The notes below the pieces were generated by a model. It did not search any database and had not been told where the DNA came from. It saw only the letters and a program-made list of their open reading frames with translations. A DNA stretch of 54,686 bases, filler included, from Sphacelaria rigidula (Eukaryota), in NCBI GenBank assembly GCA_964200075.2. It is 5 parts of 5 records of this genome, joined end to end, with 100 filler letters (N's around TTAATTAATTAA, not from the genome) between each part and the next. Parts side by side here need not be neighbours in the genome. Positions count along the whole stretch, not along the records: positions 10,959 to 21,816 come from CAXNAA020005781.1; positions 21,917 to 32,774 come from CAXNAA020005782.1; 3 more parts are not named here. One strand, given 5' to 3'. Shown here piece after piece: positions 11,976 to 24,641 of the stretch. Each line of letters opens with the position of its first letter. The first letter of the stretch is position 1. The position numbers were made by a program, and so were the translations under genes.

Positions 11976-13672
11976 TAATAATATAGTGCATAATACATAA
12001 CACATAATAACTAGTGGAAAGCCACGGCTGACGCGCGTGGCAGCAGTGCCGAACGTATCGGGGCCACGGGTCTTGCACGCGTGAAGGTTTGAGCGTAGTG
12101 GCAAAAAACAAAATGAGCCTGACATTAATCATGATTGATCGTTTGAGCAGATGAGGATTTCCTGTCGCACGGCTAAACGTAATCACTGTAAACAAGAAAG
12201 GAAGCCTCACCGTTAGGGACGCTAATAACGGGGTGGGGAGGGGGGGGGATGTTGAACACCGAAAAGTGTCCCAGCTGTTCGACGACATTTCACCGACCAC
12301 ATATCACTTTTTGTTTGTTTCCTTGGATACACTTGATCATAGAAAACGTCCTCAACATGAAGAAGTCGTTAGTTATAGCGACGCTCTTCCCATTCGGACT
12401 CTGCATATACCTACACGACGCTGGCACATCACGGCGTTGGACTTTTTTTTTCAAGTTTTTCAAGCTCGCCCTCGGAACTTGCAAGGAAAGATGAGTGATT
12501 TTCCAGAGTTTTTTGCTGAGCGCGGGATGTGCCCTGTAAAGGAGGTGACGGCCCGATGCATTCAGATCGTAGCACAGACCGCGGAAAAGAGCGCTCCAAT
12601 CGCACACGTCGCCAAGGAGGACTGGGGTAGTGAACTCGGCCCCTCATAGTACTCCCCCGACCAACCCGCCGTCTTCGACGAAAGCAAATGAGAAATGAGC
12701 ACAGACAGGGAACCAACATGCACGGTCGTGTCCACCGGGTCGCCAGCTTCACCGACTCGGAACCGGTGACAGACAGTTGCGTTCGGACAAGATAGGCACC
12801 ATGTCATGGGCTATGAAGCCGGGCCGTCAGAATCAAGATGCGTGGCTTGTTCAGGCTTTAGTTCCGTATATGCCCGCATAACGTTCTTCTTCTTTTAAGC
12901 TCAAATATATTTGCGATAATTCTTTATGCGCCTCCTGCAGCCACTCTAGCAGCTGCACGCAAGTGCTCCATGTGGCGTGACTCGTCACCAGACAGGTCGA
13001 CAGGCTTCAGGCTTCAATAGTTAAAACTTCGATAGTCGTGTCTGGTCTTCCTATCTTGTTGTCGGTCTGATCAGAAAAGCGTACGACTTGATATTATATA
13101 TACGTGGTACTACGATGCTGTCAAGAATGTAATTGACTGCACGTTGTCCAAGTCCTTTTCACGTCGCATCGTAACTCAAGCAGAGATAACAGATAGTCCC
13201 GCGCTGTCTGAAGTGCACTTCGTCTGGTTCTATTTCACATCCTACTGTACGAAACACGCACACACACATCCAGACACCCTGCATGGAAACAGTGCAGACA
13301 GTACAGACTGTACTGTTCACGAGCGACCAAGTGTCGCTTCACGAGTTTCACTTGCTTTTTTCGATCGAGAACCTCAAAGTTCGCCTTGACCCAACTCTAG
13401 AAATATGAGTGCATTTCGCTCAAATCAAAATTCCACCGCTCCTTTTCTTCGATCGAAAAAAATGCCTCCCATGAATCAAGAATCATGGTTTGAAAAGCGC
13501 CGCCGCTTGTGTACCCAGTCGGACGGGGAACCCAAGGTAGACAGAGCGCGGCGCGCACCGGAACGGACAACATCTAGGTGTCTGTTTTATGCTCTTTTGT
13601 TTGTTAGTTGTTTTGTACTCTGTAAATACTACTTTACCCTGCATGCTTTACCACCTTCGTACTGCACTGTTA

Positions 13673-13742
13673 TACTGTACTGTACTGTACTGTACTGTAC
13701 TGTACTGTACTGTACTGTACTGTACTGTACTGTACTGTACTG
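13673..13742. repeat. (TACTG)n microsatellite
   Basis: About 14 perfect pentamer units. Confidence 0.97.
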
Positions 13743-14140
13743 TGTACCGTCTACCACAATTTTGTCTGGGGCTCAACCCTTCAGTCTGTGTGTAGTGCCC
13801 TATGCATCTGCATGTAACATCTACGCTTTTTTTTTCATGTACAGTCACGACGGTGTGAAACAGACAGTGCTGACAACACCGCCGCGAAATATACGACTTC
13901 GGTACTGTACTGTGCTGTACTACATGCACTGTTGCATTGACCACCGTTCGAGCCAGCCGTGAAGTCTGCATCTCAACCAGCTGCACTGTACTGTGTGTAC
14001 CAGCTACCGCAATCTTTTTTCTGGGGCTTGTTCTTTCAGTTTGTATGCCGTGTCCCCGAATGTACCATACACAAAGTCCTTGAATCCTACAGTCACAGCG
14101 GTGTAGAACCACGGACAGGGCCGATAATACCGCCGCGACA
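13735..14140. repeat. Diverged tandem duplication, period about 250 bp
   Basis: tgtgtacc..ctacc.caat...tctggggct...tacagtcac..cggtgt...accgccgcga occurs at about 13741-13890 and 13994-14140. Confidence 0.7.
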
Positions 14141-14956
14141 TGAGAGGCTGCCTACCCGACCCGCCTACAAACGTCTGCATACTCCGTACTGTGTGAGCAA
14201 AGTGCAGCCTGTACTCGTACCGTAGTACAGCGGGTTCTTTCCGTTGTGTTTCACAACAACAGCACCCGTAGCTGGCTGGACTTCGGCTGGAACGGTGGTC
14301 AGTACAACAGTACAGTCAGTACCGCATAGTGCCGAGATTACAGCAGGATAACCACAAAAATGACTTTCTGGGAACACGGGTGATGGTTCCGCAGTCGGAG
14401 ACACGTCTGGAGATGTCAACAGGCGTTACTGAATAGGATGAACGAACGACGTTGAGCCTTCACAAACTAACCCTAGCGAACACGCAGAGACATCCACAGC
14501 ACAATTGCAGCAAACAGAACCGCATATTACAGTCGCCATCATGATGTCTGCTCTAGTACACATCACGCCCTTTACCTCGGCTTCCGAGTGGCTGGGTACA
14601 CAAGCGCCAGCGTTTTCTCTTCATAATTTGTCAGAGTGCCTCATACATGATGCATGGAGACACGCACAAAAGTTACACCCCCACGGTTCTTGGAACCTCG
14701 CAGCGAACGGCTGAACTCAACGGAACCAACAAACAGAAGGGCATAATACAGTCTTCATCATATGTAGTCTGTTTCAGCAAAAACCACGCCGTCCACCTTG
14801 GGTTCACTGCACAGCTGGGTACACAAGCGTCATTGTTTGTCTCTTCGTGATATTTGTGTTTAATTTTGAGGGTGCATCCGGAGCACGTCACATACGGGAA
14901 ATGGATGTTTGCTGCAGTGAACTTCACCACTTGGTATGGGTTTGTTGTGTGGATTC

Positions 14957-15855
14957 CAAGGGTAGGTCGAGTAGAGTATTTACTTTTTTTGAGTACTCGA
15001 GTAAAATACTCAATTATTTACTCTACTCGACGTTTGAGTAGGTCGAGTACAGCCTCAAATACTCAAATCAAATATTGAGTAAGCACTCTCAGTATCACTT
15101 GAGTATGACCTCAATACTCGACTCAAAATTCGAGTAGACTGAGTATGATCTTGAATACTTTACTCGAACTATTGAGTAGATCGAGTATGAGCTCAAACAC
15201 TCTACTCAAATTGTGAGTAAGCACTCTCAGTAATACTTGAGTATAAAGTACCCCTTGGGTATGGTGAGTATCCCCGACAGTCGGCGACTTCGTGACGTCA
15301 CTTCAGACTCTGTTGAATACATGGGCGAAAGATGGCCATGAATTAGATGGGCGGCGTTACATCACAGCCAACAAGGAGTATGAGCGAAAGATGACCATAT
15401 ATTTTTTTCAAAAGCGTCCAATGCCCTTCGACGAAACCCCAACATTCATCCTACGCTAGTTTTCTATCATTTGGTTCTAGTCCGAATGTTTGCTGAAGTT
15501 TGACCTCGAATCAAAACTCATCAATGGTGGGCAACTCCAGGAATACCTCGATATTTCCTCTACCCGAGTTTGAGTATCTTGCGTACGAACTTGATTATTG
15601 AGGTTGAAGTTATAAGTTTTCGGTAAATCGGATCCGGCCTCAGATACTCAGCTCAAATTTTGAGTAGGTCGAGTACGGCCTCAACGGTCCTAATCAAATA
15701 TTGAGTACATTGAGTACGGCCTCCAATCAAATACTCCACTCAAATTTTGAGGAGATCGAGTACGACCTCTAATACTCAACTCAAACTTCGAGTAGTCAAA
15801 GTATGACTCTTCAAAAGTAGGAAGTATTGAGTATACTCTACTCGACCAACCCTTG
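14957..15855. mobile_element. 899-bp non-autonomous TIR element, family E
   Basis: 23-bp TIR CAAGGGT(A/T)GGTCGAGTAGAGTAT (1 mismatch); TSD GTGGATTC / GTGGATCC (7/8); dense subterminal TACTC/GAGTA motifs. Confidence 0.9.
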
Positions 15856-15949
15856 GTGGATCCCAAAAACCGGTTTGTGAGGCACATATGCATAAATTGT
15901 GTTCAACCCTTCAGGGGTCGGACGAATTAATGATTCGTCTGAAAATTAC

Positions 15950-18544
15950 CAGGGGTCTACACGTTACACGTACCACAGCGTTACACGTAACGTGAACGTC
16001 AAAACAAAATTACATGATGAACGTAACGTTAAATTTTCGAATGGAACGTTGAAGAAACGGTAACAAATTTTAACGTGTCATACGTAACGTAACGTAAACG
16101 TGGATTTTGCCCAAACGTTCATATCACGTAATATGAAACGTTCCATGTAACGTGTAACGTCTATTACACGTTACACGTGACGTTAGATGTTGCGTTACAC
16201 GTTACATGAAACATCATGAACACGTCGCATGAGGTGGTCATTCTTCAAGGTTGCAATGAACTTTGAAATCCTGGAAGAGGGTGCTTCAATAAACACGAGT
16301 GAGTTTTAATGACCATGGTATACGTATGGTACTATTGCAGAAATTTCGCGCTCTCCCCAGCACACGTCACATTCCAAGTTACCGTTGCAGCATTACATCG
16401 TAACATCATAATCATCTCGACCACATTCAAGGCTACTTCTTATGTATAAAAAAAACACATTGTCAGAAAAGCCGTTTTTCAACAGCGCGATTTTCCACAT
16501 AATTTCTCAAAGTAGCCCATCTTACGTGATCGACGCACTGTCAAAATTTGAAACGTAGTGTTCATCGTTTTCTATGAGGTGTGCAGGGATAATCTCAAAT
16601 TCTGGGGCACGCGAGAGAGGCGTGGCACTCTGCTGTCGTGTTGTAGTGTACGGTCCGCGCTGACTGTCTGTACTACTGTGATACATTGCCTGAGCAATAC
16701 ATGGTGGGCTGCGTGTCGCCAGACGATAATACGAACACCGCCTCCCTGTACTAACTGAATGTAGAAGTAAAACGCCAGACATCCAGAATTGACCGCGCCC
16801 TATGGACCTCAGCAGCAAATAAGGAGGGGGGGTGCCGTGGCGCGCGGGGGTGCTGCAGGGAGCGGAGAGGTTCATGACCTCATGTCACATAAATGCAGAG
16901 GAGGCCAGCCGACTGCGTGCGATTACACGGGAGACCAACAAAGCCCAAATAACACAGCAATGACGACGGTCTAGAGAAGGGTGTGTGTGGAGTGAACCCC
17001 CCCATAAGGGGTGTCGTTATGTCATGCAGTGCTTGTCTTGATACACCTGGTATGCTTGTACGTATGGCTGTCCCTCGAGAGGTCGAAAGATGGAACCTTC
17101 GATTTTTACTTCTTTGGTTGGCGGTATTTGGGGCCTTGAGTCTCGCCCGTAGCGGACGCTGTGTTCATTTCTACTTAGCGTCGCGCGTCGAGTTGAAACG
17201 CCGGGTGCCACCCCCTGAAGTTCGAATGGCCACCTGCGGCACCGGATCTTCTGAGGTTAGCCATATGCATTCTCTTTCTTCTTTATTATTTATCCCTGTT
17301 TTGCTAGCCTGTGACCACAGAAGGCGTCCGCATCAGATGCCCAGTATGAATGTACCGCGTAGATATCGGGACGGTTTTCAATGTGAAGACAGTATCAACA
17401 ACAAGTGACGGTTGTGCTTTTTCACTCCACGGTAGTACTTGACTGAAAGGACAACTTGGACAACGGTACACACAGCAGTACTGTATTGTATGCATTGGCT
17501 GTAGTGATGGCTTGGCTGCCATCACCACCGCTACCGCTGGTGCTCGCGAGCAGTCAGCGTGTTGCTTTGTTGTCCTTTGCTAGCCAGTAGCGTGATGGCC
17601 CTTACCCCCATGCGAACAGAACAGGGCAGGGGCGATGACGAGTGCTGCGCAGACACGCTGCAGGTAGTTCGCACAGTAATGTAGCTCAGTTGAGGTCTGT
17701 GCATGCAGTGTGTTGCAAACAAAACTCGAATACAATGCAGACTGCCCAAGCACCCAAGCCCTGTGAACACTACAGCAGTAGCATTGCTTATACTGTGGTC
17801 TTGTGTGTACAGTCAGTGCGGTCCTGTCTCTCCAACTGTTGGGTGCGTGGGCAGTCTGTACTGCATTGCGAGTGCTGGTCGCAACACGCTGCATGCAGAC
17901 CTGAAATGCGAGTTACAATACTGTTGTCTGTGCAAACTACATGCAGAGTGTTTGCTACAGTACTCGTCATCGACCCTGCTGTGTGCTGTTCTCATGGGGT
18001 AAAGAGCCGCCACCATGATACTAACGAGCGAAGGACAACAAAGCAACACGCTGACTGCCCCCGAGCACCAGCGACAACAGTGGTAATGGCAGCCAAGCCA
18101 CGATGGCTGCTGTCGTGGGCGGGAGGGTGTGTTGGCGTGCGGCAGGATTTCAAATGCGTTTTCTGATCACAAAAGAAGTGGGTTTTTGGTCATTCATGAG
18201 GAAACGCGTTTTTTAATAGTTGTTTCTTTGAACATAGGAAGTAGCCGACGGATCACCGTCACCATCACGTACGCGGTAACATCACGCGTTACACGACACG
18301 TTCCAACGCCTTAAACACTGGTGAATCAGCCGCGACATGCACAGAATAAAACGTTACATTCGAACGTTACACGTGGCATTGAAACGTTTCATATTACGTG
18401 ACATGTAACGAAACGTAACGTTAATTTTTTTTCAAGTGATGAACATGACGTTATATTTCCAAATGAAACATTCACGTAACGTTAAAAATGATTTCACGTG
18501 ATGAACGTAACGTGAACGTGTAACGTGTAACGTGTAGACCCCCG
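15950..18544. mobile_element. 2595-bp non-autonomous hAT-like TIR element, family B, nested in MITE A
   Basis: 21-bp TIR CAGGGGTCTACACGTTACACG (1 mismatch); TSD AAAATTAC / GAAATTAC; about 250-bp subterminal ACGTTAC/GTAACGT arrays at both ends; empty site visible at 3673-3680. Confidence 0.92.
17508..18100. repeat. Long imperfect inverted repeat (foldback) inside element B
   Basis: Arms about 17508-17757 and 17839-18100 are reverse complements (e.g. cagtcagcgtgttgctttgttgtcctt / aaggacaacaaagcaacacgctgactg); loop about 80 nt. Confidence 0.9.
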
Positions 18545-18896
18545 GAAATTACTTGACTTAAGTGTATTTGGTTCATAAGGTACAAATCAATCCTTGGGCT
18601 TTGGTTTCAGCGATGCAACCTAGGTGCGCGCAGCCCAGACACGTGAAATGGCGCAAAAATTGCGTGTAGACTTTTTTGACCAGCGGTCAACCTTTTTCTC
18701 TCTTTCGAGACATCAAGCCTAGGAGATCGTGGATTTGGTGATTCGAACCGGCGAATATCCGTCCGAACCGTGCAACCCTTGCTGATCGTCGAGGTGGGAC
18801 ATCTGTCATCTGCAGAGCATCATATTCACTTAAACAGCGAACATGCGAATCAGATCGCCAAGCCTCGCGGTCACGGAAGGGGTCAGAAGCACTTAC

Positions 18897-19004
18897 AGAT
18901 GGAGGTATCGGCTCGGGTTATATCAGTGGTGTGAAAATGAATGCAGCCCAGATAGTGTTTGAAGTTCAACACTGGTCCTGAGGGCTGTACAATGTGCTTC
19001 AATC
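18897..19004 (-). CDS. Candidate isolated internal exon, product unknown
   Basis: tttcctttccAG acceptor and T|GTAAGT donor; 108 bp with an open frame (LKHIVQPSGPVLNFKHYLGCIHFHTTDITRADTSI); no partner exons identified. Confidence 0.3.
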
Positions 19005-21606
19005 CTGGAAAGGAAAGTGACCTCCTTTCAAGGGAACGTCCGGCGCTCAACACACAATACACGGAACACTTTCAAACCCAAGGCGGGAGCAAGCACCCCA
19101 CAGTAAGATTACAGAGCGTTCGACAGCAGCGCACTACGCTTTTTCGTCACATTGTTAGAGATGGAGTTTTGGTGTACCAGCGTACATCGCAGTGCGTTCG
19201 GCTGCGTTCTAGCAACGCACGTACGTCGGACCCCCCGTTATTCGCCTGTTGGTGTCCAGGCTAGGTGACGGTAGTTTGTGATGCTGACAAAAAACACTGA
19301 ATTGCTGTGCATGGGTGCAGTGCGTTGTGTCGGTAGTGTCCAGACTACGAGGTTTTCAGATTCTATCGGTAGACACAACGTGACCGTTCGTCAGGGATCA
19401 TCTTTCGGCCTGCTTCCGCTGGACGATAGAGAAGAGTGACAGTTTCCTTCTCCTCAGTTCGAGCGTCTAGTATAGAATATTGTTCCAAAGAAAATCATTT
19501 TTGAGTTGGATATAGTGTGGAAAACCGGACTCGATTGTACTGGTTTCAGTGTGCAGCGGAGAGACATTTCGCTGATAGTGAATAGGATAAGGAGAAGAAT
19601 AGAAAGAAAACAAAATAAAATCCGATCTGCTATACATCCATCAAGTAATTACACTATACCAGCCAGGTGTAGGTTCTCAGTATAGTGCAGTCATTCCTTG
19701 CCGGGCTTTCGACCCACCGCGCTGTGCTGGGACCCTCTGTACACGTTTTTTTTTGTCATCAAATCACCCGGAAAATCAAGCAACCCCTCGCCCGCCCGCC
19801 CTCTTCATGGATCGCCGCCGTTTTCCTTCCTCTTTTTCGCTTGCAACGCGAACGAAAAACATAGCCTCAAGTCGCCGGGACGATCAGGGATGCAACACAC
19901 GATATCGAATGGATCCTTGGGGGGAGGAAGGCAGGAGTCAGAGCGTTCGATTAACTCTTTCTGCTAGGACCAAGGAATGAGAGGAGAGGACATTCTCCAC
20001 GGAGCGGTAGTCGCGATCGTGGCCGTCGCGAAGCCAGAACTGTCGGAGAAATGCTAATAGGAAGTACCTGAGGTCGTCGTTCCGGGGGATGAGCCATGCC
20101 TTCACTCAACCGTCCGCGGGCCAATATGGAGCGTTCCACGGGTTATTTCGGAACATCGACAGTGTGGAGCAAGCACGGCGGAATGGGGGGGGCAGAGGGA
20201 TCCCGAGGTTAGCAACATGACCGCAACAAAGGGAATGAAAGATGCCCGGATCGATAAAAGCTCGAATGACGCACGAGGTTCATGGGAAAGCTTGCGCGTT
20301 GAATACCAACGCGTTGCCCAAGAACCCTGCAGCTGGATGAGAACCCCGACACTCGTAGCTGACACTGCCTTGGCCCAAGACCCGAGGATAGCGTGACCCC
20401 TAATTATTCGCGGGGGTAAGGTTGGGACGTACCGCGGGTTGATATGTAACGTTCCGCGGATTGCGGGACATTCCGCGTGTGCTACGCCACGGAACGTTCC
20501 TCACATTCGGTGGAACCTGATAACGGAATGCTACTGATTTGAACGGGTTTTTTTTTAATGTAAATGTCGAAACGCTCGGTAGCCGTTATTTTCATGTATT
20601 CGTATTTCGCAGCTGTTGGGGAAAGCCGGTAAGGGAAGGCTACGAATTCAGCTGTTGCCTGGAAGGCGGCACTGCGTAACATGGGGATATGAAGATCGGG
20701 GGGAGGGGGGAAGGGGGGGGCTGAGCGTTGGTGCGCTGCAGTGTATTTATATGGATCTGGAATTGCACTGCTTGTGCGCTTTGAAAAACCAAGGAGTCGT
20801 GAAACACTTATCGTTATTTACTGCCCCGTTTTGAGAAACCCAACAGTAACCGATTATCTTCTCTGGCGAACAGTCCTGAATGTATACACAATATATATAT
20901 ATAGATATATAGATGTCTCTGTGAATCCTTTATATCTCTACACCATCGCGAGATATGAAGCTTGAACCGCGCGTCACATGACTCCTCGCGCTATGAAGCG
21001 AGGGGGGAAGGGGGTGAGGAGGCTTACACATTTGACGCAACAAGGAACATCGAATCGGAGGCATCATGCATACAGGCAACGTTAACGATGCGCGCACTGT
21101 CTGCATTGAAATGAGTTCTCACAACCTGGAAAACACGAACTTGGTCTGACTATTCTTGGCTCCACGAGAGCTATGTAGGCGTAGTACTCGACTTAAGTTA
21201 GGTATGCTGTTCAATTCTGACATCTCTCGTGCGCCCGATCGAAAGTTCCGTGGATTTTCTGGGCCTGGGGTCGTCGTCCCCGAGCGGCAAGGGCGACGAA
21301 CGCACAATGCATTCCGTAGGGAACGCCGGCATCTATCTCTGTGGAGAAACATGAGATGCGGAATGAGTTACTTGTCGTTGACCTTCGCTCAATCTCTGCA
21401 CGAGCCCGACTAGATTCTTGACGGTGGAGCACATGTTTTTTGTGGAGATGGAACATGCTTGAGCAGCAGCACGAGTTGGTCGGGGGTTGATGAGGGGTTT
21501 CCTTTTGTAGTTTTGTTCCGCGTGTTTCTGTGCCGCGATGGAAAACACGGGATCTTACAAATTGGGGATAAGAAACCCGGTGAATTAAAATCTTCGTATC
21601 CACACC

Positions 21607-21816
21607 AAATCCTCGAAATATGGTCCTATTTCTCCACCTACTGATGGCTAGTGACAACTGCTACACGCCATAGAAGAATTGGATTTCGATCACCGAATTG
21701 TAGGGGTCCTAGGTGAGAAACCAATTCTGGAACAATTTCGGCGTCCGTTGTATGGCGTGTAGCAGTTGTCAATAGCGATCAGTAGGTGAAGAAATGGAAC
21801 CATATTTCGAAGATTT
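21607..21816. repeat. Inverted repeat running off the contig end
   Basis: 21607-21672 is the near reverse complement of 21751-21816 (about 66-bp arms, 78-bp spacer). Confidence 0.85.
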
Positions 21817-21916
21817 NNNNNNNNNNNNNNNNNNNNNNNNNNNNNNNNNNNNNNNNNNNNTTAATTAATTAANNNNNNNNNNNNNNNNNNNNNNNNNNNN
21901 NNNNNNNNNNNNNNNN
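21817..21916. other. Artificial contig linker
   Basis: N44-TTAATTAATTAA-N44. Confidence 0.99.
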
Positions 21917-21989
21917 CTGAGCGCCCACATATACCGAAAGGTGTAGACTGGTGCCCAGAATAAATGGGACGACAACACACAACACACAC
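21917..21989 (+). mobile_element. 3' tail of SINE S1 at contig start
   Basis: gcgcccacatataccgaaaggtgtagactg...atgggacgacaacacacaac matches the reverse complement of 2614-2680. Confidence 0.75.
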
Positions 21990-22707
21990 GCTCGCTGCAT
22001 CTTGATAGTCATCGGTGGAGGGTGCGACGTCTTCGGTCCTGATCATCGCCAGACCCCGCGAGAGTTATATGATACCTCCGCAACAAAGTTCGCAATACCT
22101 TGGGCGGTATCACCTAAGGCCAAATCACTCCCGCCACGGAAACACAAGTACAGATTTGTGGCCCAAACATTTCGACGAACCATCTGATTCCCGGAGACTG
22201 GACCAGTACTTTTTTGGACAGATCTGCACTTGACACAATCCAGGCCATGTCGATATCTATGAAACGAGCAAGACAAAAAATGGAGGAGAGAGGATGACTT
22301 TCAGAAAACCACGACGGCGCGACAGCTAAAAAAACACGGAAGCATATTTTCGTTTGTTTTAATCCTGTGCTCCGCATTGGTCACCGCTGTAGTGGCATCC
22401 TACTTGAAGCGCATGTACGCGCAGCGATTTTCAACCGTGCTCGGTCTGTACGTGTGGAGCTCGAGCACAGAAATTCCCACACCTGAAGAATTGAAGAACC
22501 CGGTGGCTGATCACACGAGCATGGTACTTTGGAATTTACCAATACAGTACCACCTCTTGTACCAAGAAGAGGTGCAGCGACAGATTCAAGCACATCCGTC
22601 TTCCGCTAAGTCCACCATGGGGAACAAGCGCAATGCACTTATCGGCACACGTCTTGGGATGCATGCGGTCTCGTGAAAGGCACCGGGGTAGGTTTCTGCC
22701 CTGACCC

Positions 22708-22941
22708 TCAGTCAATATGCCCTGAAGCCACCTCACCTGTTCGGTGTGCGGCATCTCCTCCGGTAGGGGAGGCGAGGCTGGCGCCGCAACTCTTGCTTCG
22801 GCGCAATGCCGGGTTGTAGACAAATTGCTCGTCTCTCACCAGCAGTAATTCTTCTGAGAGCGCTTTCTCGGCTACCTTGTCTTCTTCCGCCTGGGCTGCC
22901 TTCAACTTGGCGATCAGCGACAAGGTTTTCGCCTCTCGGGC
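22708..22941 (-). CDS. Terminal exon of the ~1900-aa low-complexity protein gene
   Basis: Pyrimidine tract and ctcAG acceptor; phase 0; AREAKTLSLIAKLKAAQAEEDKVAEK...GHID then stop. Confidence 0.75.
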   Translation of the reverse strand, partial: AREAKTLSLIAKLKAAQAEEDKVAEKALSEELLLVRDEQFVYNPALRRSKSCGASLASPTGGDAAHRTGEVASGHID

Positions 22942-23529
22942 CTGAGTGAGTCAGGGAGGGGAGAGAGGGGGGGGGATGGTCAAGGACTTTTTAATGGAGG
23001 GATGGCAGGGGAGATTCGTTTCCGAGTTTGAATTGTGTAAGAACTCTATCAGGTGTGAACAGTTGGGCATATTGGAAAGGAATCATTGAGCTTGAAGTTG
23101 TGTTGGGTCGCGAGAAATGGGGGTAAGCATGCAAAAACGCGTTGACGCATGAAACAGGCGAAGGATACTGACCCTCGGGTTGTGCACACATGAGAGTGCA
23201 CTCAAATACCTACAGCAAAAGGTTTTGGCTATCAAAGCGAGCTGGACATTTGTCTGGCGACGCCTTGCGCGTTCACTCGGTATCTTCCCGAGACCCGTGC
23301 ATGTTCTCGGCGGACGGCAGCCCAAATATGAAAACAATGAAGCGGTATGTACAGAGGAGCGCAAAGCCGCCCGATCAGAGGTAAACGGCATTGGTTGCCT
23401 TCGCCGAGCACATCATGACAGCAATCGTACGGGGGAACGAAGAAGAAAACCGCCATGATGAGTACAGCAGCCAGCTGCGGCCAAACCCACTGGTGCACGA
23501 GGCAAGCAACACCAGCATGATGCACTCAC

Positions 23530-24290
23530 CGCGCTCCATCGATGCCACGCAGCCATTTTCGAAGCCCGCTCCCGTCGGGAAAGATCGGCAGCTCGTCGTG
23601 CCGCCGGTGAGTCATCCACATTTGCCGCTTCTCCTTTTCGCCCGGCACATTTATTTTTCATCTCCGCAGGCCGGCTCGCAGTGTAACCAGCACTCGGCAT
23701 GGTATCTGCACCCTTGGCTTTCACGTCCGCTACGGACTCACCAGCGTTAGTCCTTGCTCCATCATGGTAATCGGCGACCGCCGGTTGTTTGTCGCCGGCG
23801 ATCGGCTCCTCCGCGTCAATCTGCAGCAACGGGCCCGCTGGTGGCGGCGCTGCAGACTCCTCGCTGTCATCAAACGCCGTCTTCTCTTTTGTGACTTCAG
23901 CCGCCGGCCGTACTCCACCGGTGTCCCGATTGCTGCCATTATCGTCGCCATCCCTAACACCAGAAGTCGGTTCTGTAGTTCGACTGCCCGTCATATCGCG
24001 AATGCCCTGAATATGCCTGCCGCTGGTAGCCGCTGGGTGCGGGATAGGATCACATTGTGCCCCCTTTGCCACGTCTACGTCCCCCGTTCCCTCGGCCGCA
24101 GCAGCTGGGTCTATTGTGGTCGACGAATCAGCCTCCCACTCCTCCGTATCTGCTTCCTCGCGCTGTTTGGTGGAGGCCCTATTTTCTTGCACAAGTTTTC
24201 GCGCTTTGAGTCGCTTCTTCTTGGTGCACGTGGGTGGCGTCGCTTCTATTTCATCGCCCGAGTCAGGCGCTTTGCTGAGAGGGGGCATAC
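23530..24290 (-). CDS. Exon 4 of the low-complexity protein gene
   Basis: Long pyrimidine tract and gtcgtAG acceptor (phase 1); GCG|GTGAGT donor (phase 0) matches the terminal exon; lies within ORF 23413-24381. Confidence 0.75.
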
Positions 24291-24641
24291 CTACGACACA
24301 AAGCACGAAACGCAGGGAAAACAGGGATACGGCAAAAAAAGCACAATTCAAGGGTATGGGCAACTTTTCCGGCGAGAGCATTCCATCGCCAAAAATAAAC
24401 AGACGGGGCTACAGTAGCACGCTTCTTCACCCCATCGGCAAGCGACACGTCATCGAATGTTTTCTGTACTGACTCGGTCAGAGTGCTTCTTCTGGTCGTA
24501 TTCTCTTGACCCTCTATATTATCCCGCTCGTCAGAGGCACCTCCGAACACATCTGGGCTACATCTCCGTACCGCTCTTTCCCTCCACCCGAAGGACCCAC
24601 AGAGTTCTCACCAAGGCTCGTATCGCGGCCGCAACTCTTAC

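Larger units (their letters stand above)
15912..18772. mobile_element. MITE family A copy interrupted by a 2.6-kb insertion
   Basis: Perfect TSD CAACCCTT (15904-15911, 18773-18780); 15912-15949 plus 18553-18772 gives 258 bp colinear with 3643-3901. Confidence 0.9.

Noticed and set aside
12290-12810. Coding-like minus-strand segments (VCDWSALFRGLCYD...)
   Set aside because: No recognisable domain or consistent splice model
13405-14112. ORFs with CTVLY / VQYST repeats
   Set aside because: Translations of the (TACTG)n microsatellite
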